64,000 nucleotides of DNA from Scyliorhinus canicula (Eukaryota): positions 259,256,886 through 259,320,885 of the forward strand of contig NC_052147.1 of NCBI RefSeq assembly GCF_902713615.1, read 5' to 3'. The notes under the pieces are model-generated. The model was given only the letters and a program-made list of their open reading frames with translations. It was not told where the DNA came from and did not search any database. A program made the position numbers and the translations under genes. Of the stretch, positions 13,700 through 27,400 are shown one piece after another. Every line of letters begins with the position of its first letter. Position 1 is the stretch's first letter.

Positions 13700-14250
13700 T
13701 AACTGGTTATTGCCACATCCTCTAATCTTTATTTGGACTATGGGGCTTTGATATAACCTATTGAAGTTGAAGCTGTAGCACTAATGTTGGCCATTAAGGT
13801 TTAATCGGTTCTTTCCTATCCAGTGGTTCCTACACAACATGCTCTGTTGCAACTGATTTTCTTCAGCATATAACAGGTAAATCTTGCTTCTGGAAGGACG
13901 AAGGCCAGATATTTCAGAAACATCTTTCCTTAACCTATTTTCTTTATGAACTGCAGACAAATTTGTATATCAAGAAATGTAACTATTTTATAGTTTATTT
14001 TATTTATATCCTGCTCTCAGCCTCCTTTCCGTCTCTGCTACTTCTTCTCTCCCTCTGTAAATCTACTGTGACATTTTGTCTATAAAAGGCAAGATATAAA
14101 TCCAGGTTGATGTTGTGCTAATGCAAGATTTTTTTTGAAAAGACCTTCGTGGATGACATATAGGCAAGTTACCAGTGAGCCAACATTGATGTTACTTTTT
14201 GAGAGGCGAGCAATTCATTTGACTCGCACCCATTGTTTTGGGAAGTCCTT

Positions 14251-14930
14251 GGGCGCGATTCTCCGCCCCCCACGACGGGTCGGAGAATAGCGGGAGGGCC
14301 TTCCTGACATTTTCCCCGACCTCCCGCTATTCTCTCCCCCCCCCCCCCCCCTCCCACGGCCGCCCCACGACACGAATCGCTGTTCGCCGTTTTTTTACGG
14401 CGAGCAGCGATTCTCCCCTATCCGATGGGCCGATTTCCCAGGCCTTTACGGCCGTTTTCACGAACTCCAACACACCTGCTCTCACCGTTCGTGAAAACGG
14501 CCGCAAAGTGCCGTTCTGGAGAACCATGGCACCGATTGGCATGGCCGCAGCGGGTCCGAACCCCGCGCACTCTTTGTTCCTCCGCCGCCCCGCTGGATCA
14601 GTCCGTGGGGCGGCTGAGGCGCATGACGGCCCGCGCATGCGTGGGTTTCACGCATATGCGTGATGACGTCATCCGCGCATGCGCGGGTTGGAGCCGTCCA
14701 ATCCGCGCATCCGCGGCTGACGTCATCGTGCGCGTCAGCCGCCATTACCCTTGGCGCGCTGGCTTAGCGAAGTTCGCTAAGCCTGTGATGCCGTGGTTCA
14801 CGGGGCCCCGCTGCTAGCCCCGACCGGGGCGCAGAATCGGGTCCCGGGAGGGGGCGCGGAGGCTGCCGTGAAACACGGCCAGTTTCACGGCAGCCTTCAC
14901 GATTCTCCGCATTTGCGGAGGATCGCGCCC
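14251..14930. mobile_element. PIF/Harbinger-type MITE, 680 bp
   Basis: TIR GGGCGCGATTCTCCGC / GCGGAGGATCGCGCCC, exact 3-bp TSD CTT, CpG-rich. Confidence 0.85.
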
Positions 14931-16136
14931 CTTGGTCTTGTTTCTGGTTGTGAATAATGAGGGATAAAGCACGGAACAGAAAGGGCGAAACTTTATGGCC
15001 CTTCCCACTGGTGAAACCTCTGGTCCTGCGATCCCCCGTTGTGGGTTCCCAGCACCGTAGCCGGCGAGCAACGGAAATTTCTATTGACTTCGGCGGGATG
15101 GGAAGAGTCCACTGGCGACCAGTGGCGAGCCGTCTCCACCACTGCGTGAGTGGGGTGGGTAGGGCAGAAAAACCTGACCAAAGTTTCTTGAAACAGGGCT
15201 CTTAAGTAGTGAGGGCAAAAATCCTGACAGAATGTTGGAGTGCAGGAGAGAATAATCAGCAGTTATCTTGTTTAAGTCAAGTACGATCGTCCATTGATGT
15301 GGAGAAATTAGGTGAATTCTTTATTTTGTGGACGACATGAAGATACGTTGTACTGATTGAATCAAGTGTGTCCGATCATAACCGTTATTATGTATGTTCA
15401 CCATGCTGTGAAATAAAGCAACTTATGAATTAGTATCAAGCCTGATCTCACCAAATGTTCAGTCTATCCTCCTTCAGAGGGAGTGGGTGAGCATACGTGA
15501 AAATACAAAACTTTGGATCGTGAGGAAATATCGTTGTACACGCAGATATAGGGTACTGTGAATCAACTCCAGATAGAATTAAAATGCTCAGACCGCTTCA
15601 TCATTTGACCTCAAGAAAGTATCTAAGCCACACCCAAATTTGTAACAACTGCTCCAACGCAAGGATAATTTAACTTTGTTTGAATGGCCACTGGGCTCCA
15701 GCTCTGGCCCAGTAAGGAGCTGCACACTCTATCTGGTAAGGCAGCGGCATATCCCAACATGGCCGCCACCTGCCTTTGCTGCTTGCACCTGGCAGGCAGC
15801 TCCCAGCTTCTGGGAAAGCTCAGTGTCACTAATTGGGTGCCGAGCTTGCTTCTGGTTTAATTATGTCATTTACATTTAAAAATAACATTGTACGAGCGAC
15901 GTGGTTGAGGTTCATCCCAGTGCCTGGTTTCTGATCCCACCGTGAAAATGTGGTCCCATTGATGTGTTCTGCAGTAGTAGGGTCTGGTACAGACAGGGCT
16001 TATGTGGGACTTAGTCGTGTGCCACCCACACAGTGATACAAGAAGGCACATGACCCAGAACCAGGGTCAGTTTAGAGATGGACAGAGATGTGCAAATACC
16101 TTGGATGGAGTCAGTTCCATACTTCTATCCTGTTCG

Positions 16137-16311
16137 GGACTGGTTTAGCACAGTGGGATAAACAGCTGGCTTGTAATGCAGAGCAAGGCCAGCAGTGCGG
16201 GTTCAATTCCCGTACCAGCCTCCCCAAACAGGCGCCGGAATGTGGCGACTAAGGGCTTTTCGCAGTAACTTCATTGAAGCCTACTTGTGACAATAAACTA
16301 TTATTATTATT
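16137..16311 (+). mobile_element. Short tRNA-derived SINE (non-HE1) with (TTA)n tail
   Basis: A-box TTTAGCACAGTGG, B-box GGTTCAATTCC, tail CAGTAACTTCATTGAAGCCTACTTGTGACAATAAA; relatives at 33978-34072 and 46665-46841. Confidence 0.75.
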
Positions 16312-16554
16312 CGGTATATATGTACACTGTATATATGTATATAGTTATGAGTTGTTAATAAAAACTTGCTGTTAATATACTCAAGACCACGGGCCTAATT
16401 CATGGTCCATATCCCCCCCCCCATATCCTTTGATCCCCGTTGCCCCAAGTGCTATACCTAACTGCTTCTTGAAAATGTACAATGTGTGGCCTCGTTTCTG
16501 GGAGTCCTAGAAAGATTCTTCAGGGACCACCATTATCACCCTGGCTGATACCCT

Positions 16555-17238
16555 GGGCGGAATTCTCTGAGCCCCACAGCGGGCCGGAGAATCGCCGCAA
16601 ACGCGCCATGCCGCCCCGATGCCGACATGCGATTCTCCGAGGAGTGGAGAATCGGCGCCATTTGCGCCGACGCGTTTGGCGCTGTGTCGGTCGCGGGCCG
16701 CTGTCCACGTCTGGGCCGCCGATTCTCCAGCCTTGATAGGCCAAGAGCCGTGCGGAAACGGCAGAGTCCCGCCGATGCCGTCCACACAGGCGGGTACTCT
16801 GCGCGCAGGGTCGGGGGGGGGGGCTTGTGAGGGGGGGGGAGGTGGGCTCCTTCACCGGGTGGGGGGGGGGGCCTCCGATGGAGCCTGGCCCGTGATCGGG
16901 GTTCGCCGATTGGCGGGCCGGCCTTTCCAGCCCCGGCACTATTTTGTTACGTGGCCGGTCCCTGAACCCCCCACGCCGTTTTGCATCGGGGCCGGCGTGT
17001 TGAGGAAGTCCCCCGTGCATGCGCAGGTTGCCACATCGCCACTGCTCATGTGCGGGTTGGCGCGGCGCCCAGTTGGCACCGGGCAGGGAGGCTGGAGTGG
17101 CGTGAACCGCTCCAGCGCCTTGCTGGCTCCCTGTGGTGGCTAGAATCGGTTGTGCCCGCACCCGTTTCGGCCATCGTGAAACGTGACGGCGTTCACGACT
17201 GCGCGGACACTCTGCCTCCATTTCGGAGAATTCCGCCC
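16555..17238. mobile_element. PIF/Harbinger-type MITE, 684 bp
   Basis: TIR GGGCGGAATTCTC / GAGAATTCCGCCC, exact 3-bp TSD CCT. Confidence 0.85.
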
Positions 17239-17754
17239 CCTAGGTTTTTGCATCTTTAAACCTCAACTGTGAACCCATTGAGCCATTATGGAAGTTAGCT
17301 ATTCTCTACTTATTCCAGAGTAGAATGTGTTTGTTGCTTTTCATCACAACTATATAAAAAACTGAAAAGTAAACATTCTGACTTGCTTATTCAAGACTGC
17401 TGACTGCTTAAGTGTAACCTGACGTATTAAATTTAAAATTGGACTTTCAAAATTGGATTTCAGTTGTGAAATGGTCACAAGCGCATTCACATTTCTGATT
17501 GGAAGACATTATACATACAGAAAAATACCTTTCCTAAAAATACTTTCCCATGCGCACCCTCCCAAAGGATTCAGCCTCAACCAGCAAGTAAATTCCAGCG
17601 TCAAGGTTAACTCAAAAAGATGCTCTTAGAATGATAAATAATTTTGAAGGTATTTGTTACTCTTGTCCAAATAGTCTTAAATGGCTTGGTTAAACGCTTG
17701 GAATTGTATTTTTTGTTGTTTGTTGGTAAATTAGACCCTGTTATGTAAAACAGA

Positions 17755-18432
17755 TATAGAACATAGAACTTAGAACAGGCCCTTCGGCCCTCGATATTGT
17801 GCCGAGCAATGATCACCCTACTCAGGGGCAGCACGGTAGCATGGTGGTTAGCATAAATGCTTCACAGCTCCAGGGTCCCAGGTTCGATTCCCGGCTGGGT
17901 CACTGTCTGTGCGGAGTCTGCACGTCCTCCCCGTGTGTGCGTGGGTTTCTTCCGGGTGCTCCGGTTTCCTCCCACAGTCCAAAGATGTGCGGGTTAGGTG
18001 GATTGGCCATGCTAAATTGCCCGTAGTGTCCTAAAAAGTAAGGTTAAGGGGGGAGTTATTGGGTTACGGGTATAGGGTGGATACGTGGGTTTGAGTAGGG
18101 TGATCATGGCTCGGCACAACATCGAGGGCCGAAGGGCCTGTTCTGTGCTGTACTGTTCTATGTTCAAACCCACGTATCCACCGTATACCCGTAACCCAAC
18201 AACTCCCCCCCTTAACCTTACTATTAGGACACTACGGGAAATTTATCATGGCCAATCCACCTAACCCGCACATCTTTGGACTGTGGGAGGAAACCGGAGC
18301 ACCCGGAGGAAACCCACGCACACACGGGGAGGACGTGCAGACTCCACAGAGACAGTGACCCAGCCAGGAATCGAACCTGGGACCCTGGAGCTGTGAAGCA
18401 TTTATGCTAACCACTATGCTACCGTGCTGCCC
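17755..18432. mobile_element. Nested HE1 SINEs: plus copy 17826-18165 inserted into a minus copy
   Basis: Minus-copy tail at 17755-17825 resumes at 18166 (AACCCACGTATCC) and runs to its head at 18432. Confidence 0.9.
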
Positions 18433-18574
18433 CTATGTTTGATATGTTTGATATAGATCTTAGACTGTATGATATTGAGCCACTTTTAACTATTTGCATT
18501 TCTGATTGACTTGTTTGACTTAGATTTGTGGTTTTTTTTTATCTATGCCTTTGTTACCTCAATAATGAATTATT

Positions 18575-19105
18575 CTAGGGGATTCCTGGCTGGCCTTCCA
18601 TACATTATCCTCCAAAAACTTGAGTTCATCCAAAATTCACTGCCTATGTCCTGACTTGCGCCAGGTCTTGTTCATTCATCACCCCTGTGCTCACAAACCC
18701 ACACTGGTTCCTGGTTAATGACAGCATGATTTTAAATTTCTCAATCCCATCTTCAGCTCCCTGCATCACCCCTCCCCTCCTCGTCTCTGTAATCTGCTCC
18801 AGCACCACAACCCTCCGAGATACTTTCGCTACTCCACATCCTGTCCCTTGAATGTCCCAGTTTTTAATCACTGCACCATTGATATCTGTACCCTAATTTC
18901 TTCCCTAAATCCCCTCTGCCTCTCCAACTCACTTTCCTCCCTTCTGAAACCCCTTAAAATTGACCTCTTTGACCAAGCTTTTGGACATACGTCCTTATAG
19001 CTCCTTATATGTCTTTGTGTCATTTTTCATTTTATAATGCTTCTATGAAACACCTGAGGTGTGTTCCTTGTGTTAAGGTGCTGCCTAAATGTAATATGCA
19101 GTTGT
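18575..19105 (+). mobile_element. L2 LINE 3' fragment
   Basis: Remnant of KLEFIQN...ITPVLTNPHWFLV...FKFL; L2-like 3' end. Confidence 0.7.
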
Positions 19106-19541
19106 TAGAAATTTGGAAAAGTCTGTGGTCATTCTGTTGCCTGATTGGATACATTTATAAATCAGAAAGCCCAGGATCTGTTAATGCCAGTAGCTTGAAG
19201 ATATACATGAATTAATGGGGATGCGGTTTTATATGCATTTCCTCCTACCTTCAAGGGCTCCATACATTTGTGTAGCTCATGAAGACCTAAAGCTCAGACA
19301 CCACTGTTACAAAGACTGCTTTGGTGTGGTGGTGGATTATTACTCAAAGCAAAGGGTTTTGCACCAATGTAAACAGTTCCTCGCAGAAAAACCTTCCAAG
19401 TAACCCAGGATGCTTGCCTTCATGCCAAATTCTCAATTGATAAAATAAAAACATGAATGGTTAAGCAGTATTAACGGCAACGAAGAGGAAGGCAGATTGC
19501 TTTTCTTGTGTTCGATCGTTACTGCAAGCAAAGAAACGCCA

Positions 19542-19693
19542 GGCTGGATTCTCCGGTACCCCAGCCGGGTGTGTCTCGGCCGCACACCGTTCACTTCTCA
19601 GTGGGATTTCCCATTGGAACCAGCCCATACTGCTTTGGCGGGGGTGCGCTGCCGGCGGTAAAAGTGAATCATGCCATCCGGAGAATTCCAGCC
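19542..19693. mobile_element. Short MITE (about 150 bp) with Harbinger-like TIRs
   Basis: GGCTGGATTCTCCGG ... CCGGAGAATTCCAGCC; no clear TSD. Confidence 0.6.
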
Positions 19694-20170
19694 ACTATTC
19701 GTGACAAACAGAAATTGGCAATATCCCTTCTGTTGGGCCACCGTTTTCCTCAGGCCAGAGTCAAACTGTGTTCTCGATTGGATTGGTAGATGAAGGATGA
19801 CGTTTTTTCAGAGTCACCACAAAAAAAAACTTTGGTTGAAATTTTAAACAATTGCACCACATCGCGCCCAAGCTTCTATGTTATTATTGGTGCCCCAAAT
19901 TTTGCTCTTCCGCTTCAAAGGGAGGAAGCACAGTGGAATATAAAGTTGGCATATACCTTTTCATCTCGTTGGATGGCAGTGATACTGATTTAGCGATATG
20001 GATTGCCACTTATTATAATCTTACCGCAAAGAAGGTGGCCATTTGGCCCATCATGTTTGCGTGAGCTCTTTGAAGGAACTATCTGCTCCCTTGCTCTTTC
20101 CCCAAATGTTCTGCAAGTTCAAGTATTTATCCAATTAACTTTTGAATCTCACTTGACAGTGAACATTTGA

Positions 20171-20368
<198 letters not shown>

Positions 20369-20929
20369 TAATTGTGATGCAGTGATTCTGGTTTAACTAC
20401 AAACTGTGAAGAGAAATCTAAGCTGCCTAACCCCACTTTTTCCATTTACTTTAATGGAATTACTGGTACTCTGCAGGATTTGCACTCAAAAATGCTTTTC
20501 TCGTTGTTGGAATGTGATTAGTCTAAAATTAAAATAGTAGGCTGCCAAACAGAAAAGAAAGCCATCATTCTGCCCCTGCCTATGGAGCCATTACTGTCTG
20601 GTTTGATAAAAAATCAGATTCATTCTGTGATCTCTTCACTGTAAGGGATACCAAAGAGGATTAAAAACAGCAGACAGGATTCTACACCCCTGTTTTCAGC
20701 TGTCAGGAAAGTTGATTCCCCAAACAGTTTTCCTGCCGGCAGGATTTCCCATTCCCATTGCCCCTGTCCCGGCCAATGATGTAATATGATTCCTGCCGTG
20801 GAAGATCGGTGACCCCAGTACCATTTATTTAAATATCATTAGCGGCTTCCCCACTGTATCTCCCCTCTACATTAGGAGTCACCGTCGCTCTCCCCCCCCC
20901 CCCCCCCCCCCCCCCCCCACTCCCATCAG

Positions 20930-23806
20930 TGTGATAACCCTCCCCAGGACCACAGGGAATTGCTGATTGATCTCCCCATGGGCTTCGTAAAATACGAGTT
21001 CCCGTGGTGAATGGGTGAAGTCTCACCCAGCTGAGGGACCTTAGCAGGACATTTAAACGTAGCTCCCAGACCCGAACTGGGAGTTCCTAATCGTCCGGAG
21101 CTGGAATGTTTGTTTTGTGTTCCGCCGGAGCGGTTTTATCTTCAGTTTAAAATAAGACACTTTGGCCTTTCACTCCGTACCTCCTGGAATTGTTACATTG
21201 GCGATGAGGATAAAGCATGGGTTTCTGAGCAGCCTTATCAAAACTCCCCAATGGTAAAAGAAAATGCTCTTGTTTGGGGAGCTCAAGCCTTATGATGTGG
21301 AGGTGGAAGACTGGCCTCAGTACGCCAAACGCATGCACTATGTCTTCCATGTCAACAGCATAGAAGGGGGTGACAGACATAAAGTAATCCCTTTGACATC
21401 ATGCGGGGCCCCAACGTTCAATATTATTAAGAGTTCAGCCTATCATGCAGCCCCTGACACTAAAATGTTCAATGAGTTTGTGGATCTAGTAAAGAACTAT
21501 TACGACCCAAAGCCGTCCGTAATAATACCCCTTTATTAGATCCCCAAGCTCATGACAGAATTCATGACTGGATTAAGGAGGTTGGCCAAATAATGCGAGT
21601 TTAGCCTACCCCTGACCGAGATGCTATGTGGCCGGCTAGTGTGCGGGATCAATAATGTCACAGTACAAAAATAATTGTTGGCAGATCCCACTCTAGACCT
21701 CAAGCGGGCCATAAAATTAGCATATTCCTTGGAGAACACTGAGGAAGGGGCCCTAGAACTTGTGGGATGATGGACAATAGCGTTCTCAGGCTAGGGGTGG
21801 AGGATCCTCATACAGTAAAGCTAGGATTCTTAGTGACGGATCCCATGTGCCTCACCCACCGCAACTCAACATTCAGCCAGGACATTCCGGTATCTCAGAA
21901 GTCTCCCCGATAATCCTAGAAGTACCAGGGAAGCCTCCCTGTAGACTACAAGTGTCAACTGCAAGATTGCTGTGGCCAAAGGACATTACCCAGGCAAGGC
22001 TGCCAGAATCAGCAGTATGCATGCTGCCCAGGCCGGATGTCAAAGCCACCAGGCCTGGGCCTTGCAAGTCTAGACGTTTGTAGAGGACGAAATGATGCGA
22101 CTAAACTACACCACCACCCCTAAGGTTGCCCCGATAAAGATAAAACTGTTGGTCAATGGCCATTCCCTGGAAATGGAGCTGGATATGGGAGCTGCCATCT
22201 CCATCATTGGGGAACAGATCTTCCGGCTTCTCCGGATGGGCACCTTGCCCCTAGGCCTGCGAGACACCAGGACCAGGTTGGCCACATATACAGGACAACT
22301 GTTGAAGGCAAAGGGGACCACTGTGACCCCAATTACCTATGGGCAGCAGATGGCCTGACTCCCATTCAGTGTATGAGGACCAGGACCCAACCTCTTGGAC
22401 AGGGTCTGGCTCCAGAGGGATCTGTCTGGACTGGCTACAAATTTTTAAACTAGGAACCGGTGGATTATACGTGGTCATTGGCAAATACCCTGAGGTATTC
22501 CAAGAAGGGCTTGATAGAATAAAGGGAGCAAGAACAAAGGCAAATATTTATGTGGAACCAAATGCCCTACCCAAATATTCAGGACATGGTCAGTCCTATA
22601 CATTTTACTTACAAAGTAGAGTCTGAACTCGAGTGGTTAGGGAGCGTCAGGAGAATATGACCAGTGCAACTTGCAGAGTGGGCAACATCGGTCGTCACTG
22701 TCCACACGCCCAACAAGTCAATCTGCCTTTGCAGATCTATATGCCAAACTATCAGGGGGTTTTTGTCAAACCTTTGACAAAGTAGATACGAACCATGCCT
22801 ACCTCCAGTTGGAACTAGACGAGTAATCCAGGAAGTACGTGATGTTCAGCATCCATAAGCGTTTATACGAATGTACACACCTGCCCTTTGGAGTGTCGTC
22901 AGCATGCACCATTTTTCAACGTGTGATGGAGAACATTCCCCAAGGTCTACCTAATTGACAGTATACTTGCATGGTGTATGAATCACAGAAGCCACAGAAA
23001 AAGAGCACCTAGCAAAATTGGCAGAGGTTTTGAGACGATTTTCCGATGAATGTGTCCATCTCAAATGAGAAAAATGTGTGCTCCAGGCAGGCGAAGTGAT
23101 CCACCTAGCATACCAACTCAATAAAAAAGGACTACACCCTTGGAGGATAAATTTTAGGCCATCAAAGGGCACCAGCCCCACGAAAAATGTGCAGGTCAGG
23201 TGGATTGGCAATGCTAAATTGCCCCTTAGTGTCCAAATGGTTAAGCCAGGTTACTGGGTTACGGGGATAGGGTGGAAGCCTGGGCTTGAGTAGGGTGCTC
23301 TTCCCAAGGGCCGGTGCAGGCCCGATGGGCCAAATGGCCTCCTTCTCACTGTAAATTCTATGATAAATACGACAGAATTAAAATCTTTCCTAGGCCTTGG
23401 AAACTACTGTGGCAAATTTATTCCAAACGTGGCAACTTTATTGTCACCCCTGCGCACACTATTAAAATAGCATCTTGTGCCAAGGGCCAAAATAGGCCTC
23501 ATTGCTGTGGGGGTTAGGAAGATGATTTGGATTTGAGGGGAGTGGGAGGTGGAGAACCTTCACGGGGGGCCACAGGGGACCACTGATTAACCTCCCCATG
23601 GGCATCGTAGAACACGAGTTCTTGTGGTGAGCTGACGGAGGCCCGCCCAGCTGGAGCTCGTTAGCAGTGACCTTTAAAGGTAGCTCCCAGATCCCAGGCA
23701 GTTACTGATAGTCCTGGGCTGGGGTGTTTGCTTTATGTGGAGCTTTATTTACAGTTTACAATAAACCAGTTTGATCTTTCACTCCGCACTTCCTGGAATT
23801 ATCCCA
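20930..23806 (+). mobile_element. Old, internally deleted Gypsy (Mag-like) LTR retrotransposon
   Basis: 5' LTR TGTGA...GTTACA at 20930-21197; tRNA-type PBS TGGCGATGAGGA; gag FGELKPYDVEVEDWPQY; protease LEMELDMGAAISII; RT remnants HAYLQLEL and LPFGVSSA; PPT GAGGGGAGTGGGAGG; diverged 3' LTR about 23550-23806; HE1 fragment at about 23185-23360. Confidence 0.85.
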
Positions 23807-24076
23807 GGAAGGGATAATCAGTTACTTTGATTTTGTTCAAACTGTTTTCATCGCCTTACGATCAGTTGGTTTATAGAAAAGGAAAAGCTATATTAAATCC
23901 ATGGAAAGGGTTAACATAAATATGCTGAATATCTTTTGAGTTTCGAAAATTAACGTTGAGGTTTGCCTTGACAAGTCTCAAACCAATCACTTTGATATCT
24001 ACATGCAAGAAAGATGTAAGCTAGTTAGTTCGAGCATCTTCATGCCAAACTGTCTGTTTGTATCTGCTCACTCTAG

Positions 24077-24205
<129 letters not shown>

Positions 24206-24494
24206 TAATGCACAGAATTTCCTGTTGGCCTTGTATTTTTGCTGCGATTTTACCACAAGCTAATATCTGCAGCACCACATTTGAATGATGCCATCTGATT
24301 AGTAAGGAAGGGTTGGTGCCACAATGATGTGATGGATACTGAACCGAATCTCATGCACTGTCGAGGGAGAACTGGTCAGTCACCCATGTTTAATGGGTGA
24401 CACATGAACCCAACATTTCAGCCTTGTAGTTGAATAATGTGATTATCAGGTATTGAAAATATGAATTAATATGTTATTACATACGATAATTACA

Positions 24495-27400
24495 CCATAA
24501 CACCTTAGGAGCAGAAGTAGGCCACTCGGCCCATTGAGTCCGCTCCACCATTTAATGAGATCATTGTTGATCTGATATAATCCACTTTCCTGCATTATCC
24601 GTTTGATTTCCTATCTCAACCTTGAACATACTCACAACCCAGCCTCTACATCTGTGCAGTAAAGAATTCCACAGATTTACTAACTTCTGAGAGAAGAAAT
24701 TCTTCCCCATCTCTGTCATAAATGGGCGACCCCTTACTCTGAGATTATGACCTCTGGTCCTAAACCCTCCCACACGAGGAAACATCCTCTCAGCATCGAC
24801 CCTGTCAAGCCCGCAAGAATCCTATAAGTCTTAATAAGCTCACTGCTCATTCTTCTAAACTCCAATGAGTACAGGTCCAACCCACTCAACCACTCTTCAT
24901 AAGAAAATGGCTCCATTCCTGGGATCAACCCAAAGAACCTTCTCTGCACTACCTCCAATGCCTATATATCTTTCTTTTGAGGAGCAAAACTGTTGACAGT
25001 ATTCCAGGTGTAGGCTAACTATACCATGTATAGTTTTAGTAGGGCTTCTCTATTTTTTTTACTCCATTCGCAATTAAATAAAGGCCAAAATTCCATTTGT
25101 ATTCATGAGGATCACAAATCCCTCTGTGCTGCAGCTTTCTGCAGTCATTCCCCATTTCAATAATATTCAGCTCCTTTATTCTTCCTTCCAAAGTTCATAG
25201 CTTCACGTTTTCCTACATTATATTCCAGCTGCCAAGTTTCTTACCCACTCACCTAACCTGCCTATATTCCTCTGTAGACTCTTTGTGTCATCCTCAACAC
25301 TTGCTTTCCTACCCATTTTTGTGTCATCCGCAAATCTGCTAATAGTACATTCACTTCCCTCATTGAATCATTAATATACATTGTGAATAATTGTGGCTCC
25401 AGCATCGATCCCTGTGACAGTCCAGTAGTTACAGGCTGCCATCCTGAAAATACTCCTCTTATCCCAACTCCCTGCCTTCTGTCAGTTAGTCAAGCCTCTA
25501 TCCATGCTAATATATTATCCCCAGCACGATAGATACATAGATACATAGAAGATAGGAGCAGGAGGAGGCCTTTTGGCCCTTCGAGCCTGCTCCACCATTT
25601 ATCACAATCATGGCTGATCATCCAACTCAAAAGCCTAATCCTGCTTTCTCCCCATAGCCTTTGATCCCATTCTCCCCAAGTGCTATGTAGCCGCCTCTTG
25701 AATATATTCAATGTTTAAGCATCAACTACTTCCTGTGGTAATGAATACTCTTTGGGTGAAGAAATGTCACCTCATCTCTGTCCGAAATGGTTTACCCTGA
25801 ATCCTCGGACTGTAACCCCTAGTTTTGGACACACCCATCATTGGTAACATCTTCCCTGCATCTACCCTGTCTAGTCCTGTTAGAATTTTATAAGTCTCTA
25901 TGAAATCCCCCCTCATTCTTCTGAACTCCATCGAGAACAATCCTAACCTAGCCAATCACTCCTCATATGACAGTCACGCCACCTCTGGAGTCAGTCTGGT
26001 AAACCTTCGCTGCACTCCCTCAAAATCAAGAACATCCTTCCCCAGAAAAGGAGACCAAAACTGCACACAATATTCTAGGTGTGGCCTCACCAAGGTCCTG
26101 TACAATTGCAGCAACACATCCCTGCTTCTGTACTCGAAACCTCGCGCAATGAAGGCCAACATACCATTTGCCTTCTTTACCACCTGCTGCGCCTGCATGC
26201 TTACCTTCAGCGATTGGTGCACAAGACACACAAGTCCTGCTGCACACTCCCCTCTCCCAATTATCAACCATTCAGGTTGTAATCTGCCTTCCTGTTTTTG
26301 CTTCCAAAGTCAATAACCTCACTTATCCAAATTATACTGTATTTGCCATTGATTTGCCCACTCGCCCAATCTGTCCAGATCATGCTGTTGGATCCCTGTA
26401 TCCTTGTCACAATTCACCCTCCCACCTAATGTGGCATCATCTGCAAACTTTGAGATGTTACATTTTGTTCCCTAATCCAAATCATTAATATATATTGTGG
26501 ATAGCTGGGGTCCCAGCACCGATCCCTGTGGTACCCCACTAGTTACTGCCTGCCAATTTGAAAAGGACCCATTAATTCCTACTCTTTGTTTCCTTTCTGC
26601 CAACCAGTTTTCTATCCACCACAACACACTTTCCCCCAATCCCAAGCACAATAATCTCTTCTGCGGGACTTTGTCAAACGCCCTCTGAAAGTCTATCACA
26701 TACTATCACATAGAATATTTTCAGACTGGAGACCAGTTACCAGCGGTGTACCACAGGGATCAGTGCTGGGTCCTCTGCTATTTGTGATTTTTATCAATGA
26801 CTTGGAGGGGGGAGCTGAAGGATGGGTCAGTAATTTGCTGATGACACCAAGATTGGTGGAGTAGTGGATGAGGTGGAGGGCTGTTGTAGGCTGCAAAGAG
26901 GCATTGATAGGATGCAGAGCTGGGCCGAAAAATCGCAGATGGAGTTTAACCCTGATAATGTGAGGTGATTCATTTTTGTAGAAAAAATTTGAATGCGGAT
27001 TACAGGGTCAATGGCAGGGTTCTGAGGAATGTGGAGGAACAGAGAGATCTTAGGGTTCATTTCCACAGATCTCTGAAGGTTGCCACTCAAGTGGATAGAG
27101 CCGTGAAGAAGGCTTATAGTGTGTTAACGTTTATTAACAGGGGGCTTGAGTTTAAGAACCGCAGGGTTATGCTGCAACTATACATGACCCTGGTGAGACC
27201 ACATTTGGAGTATTGGTCACCTCATTATAGGAAGGATGTGGAAGCATTGGAAAGGGTTCAAATGAGATTTACTAGGTTGCTGCCTGGTTTGCAGGATAGG
27301 TCTTATGAGGAAAGGTTGAGGGAGCTAGGGTTTTCTCTTTGGAGCGGAGGAGGATGAGAGGTGACTTAATTGAGGTTTATAAGATGATGAGGGGGATAGA

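Noticed and set aside
15890-16410. LTR-like segment around the SINE at 16137
   Set aside because: Has a TG start and AATAAA but no defined right end or TSD
16482-17259. Dense overlapping ORFs of up to about 234 aa here and at 14.2-14.9, 45.2-45.9 and 49.6-50.4 kb
   Set aside because: Stop-poor GC-rich MITE sequence, open on both strands with no recognisable domain
17826-17900. tRNA gene-like sequences, here and in many other places
   Set aside because: They are SINE heads continuing into the V-domain or SINE body, not stand-alone cloverleafs
20892-20918. Long poly-C/G runs (also near 10890, 14340, 45635)
   Set aside because: Homopolymers inside repeats with unreliable length; no evidence of function
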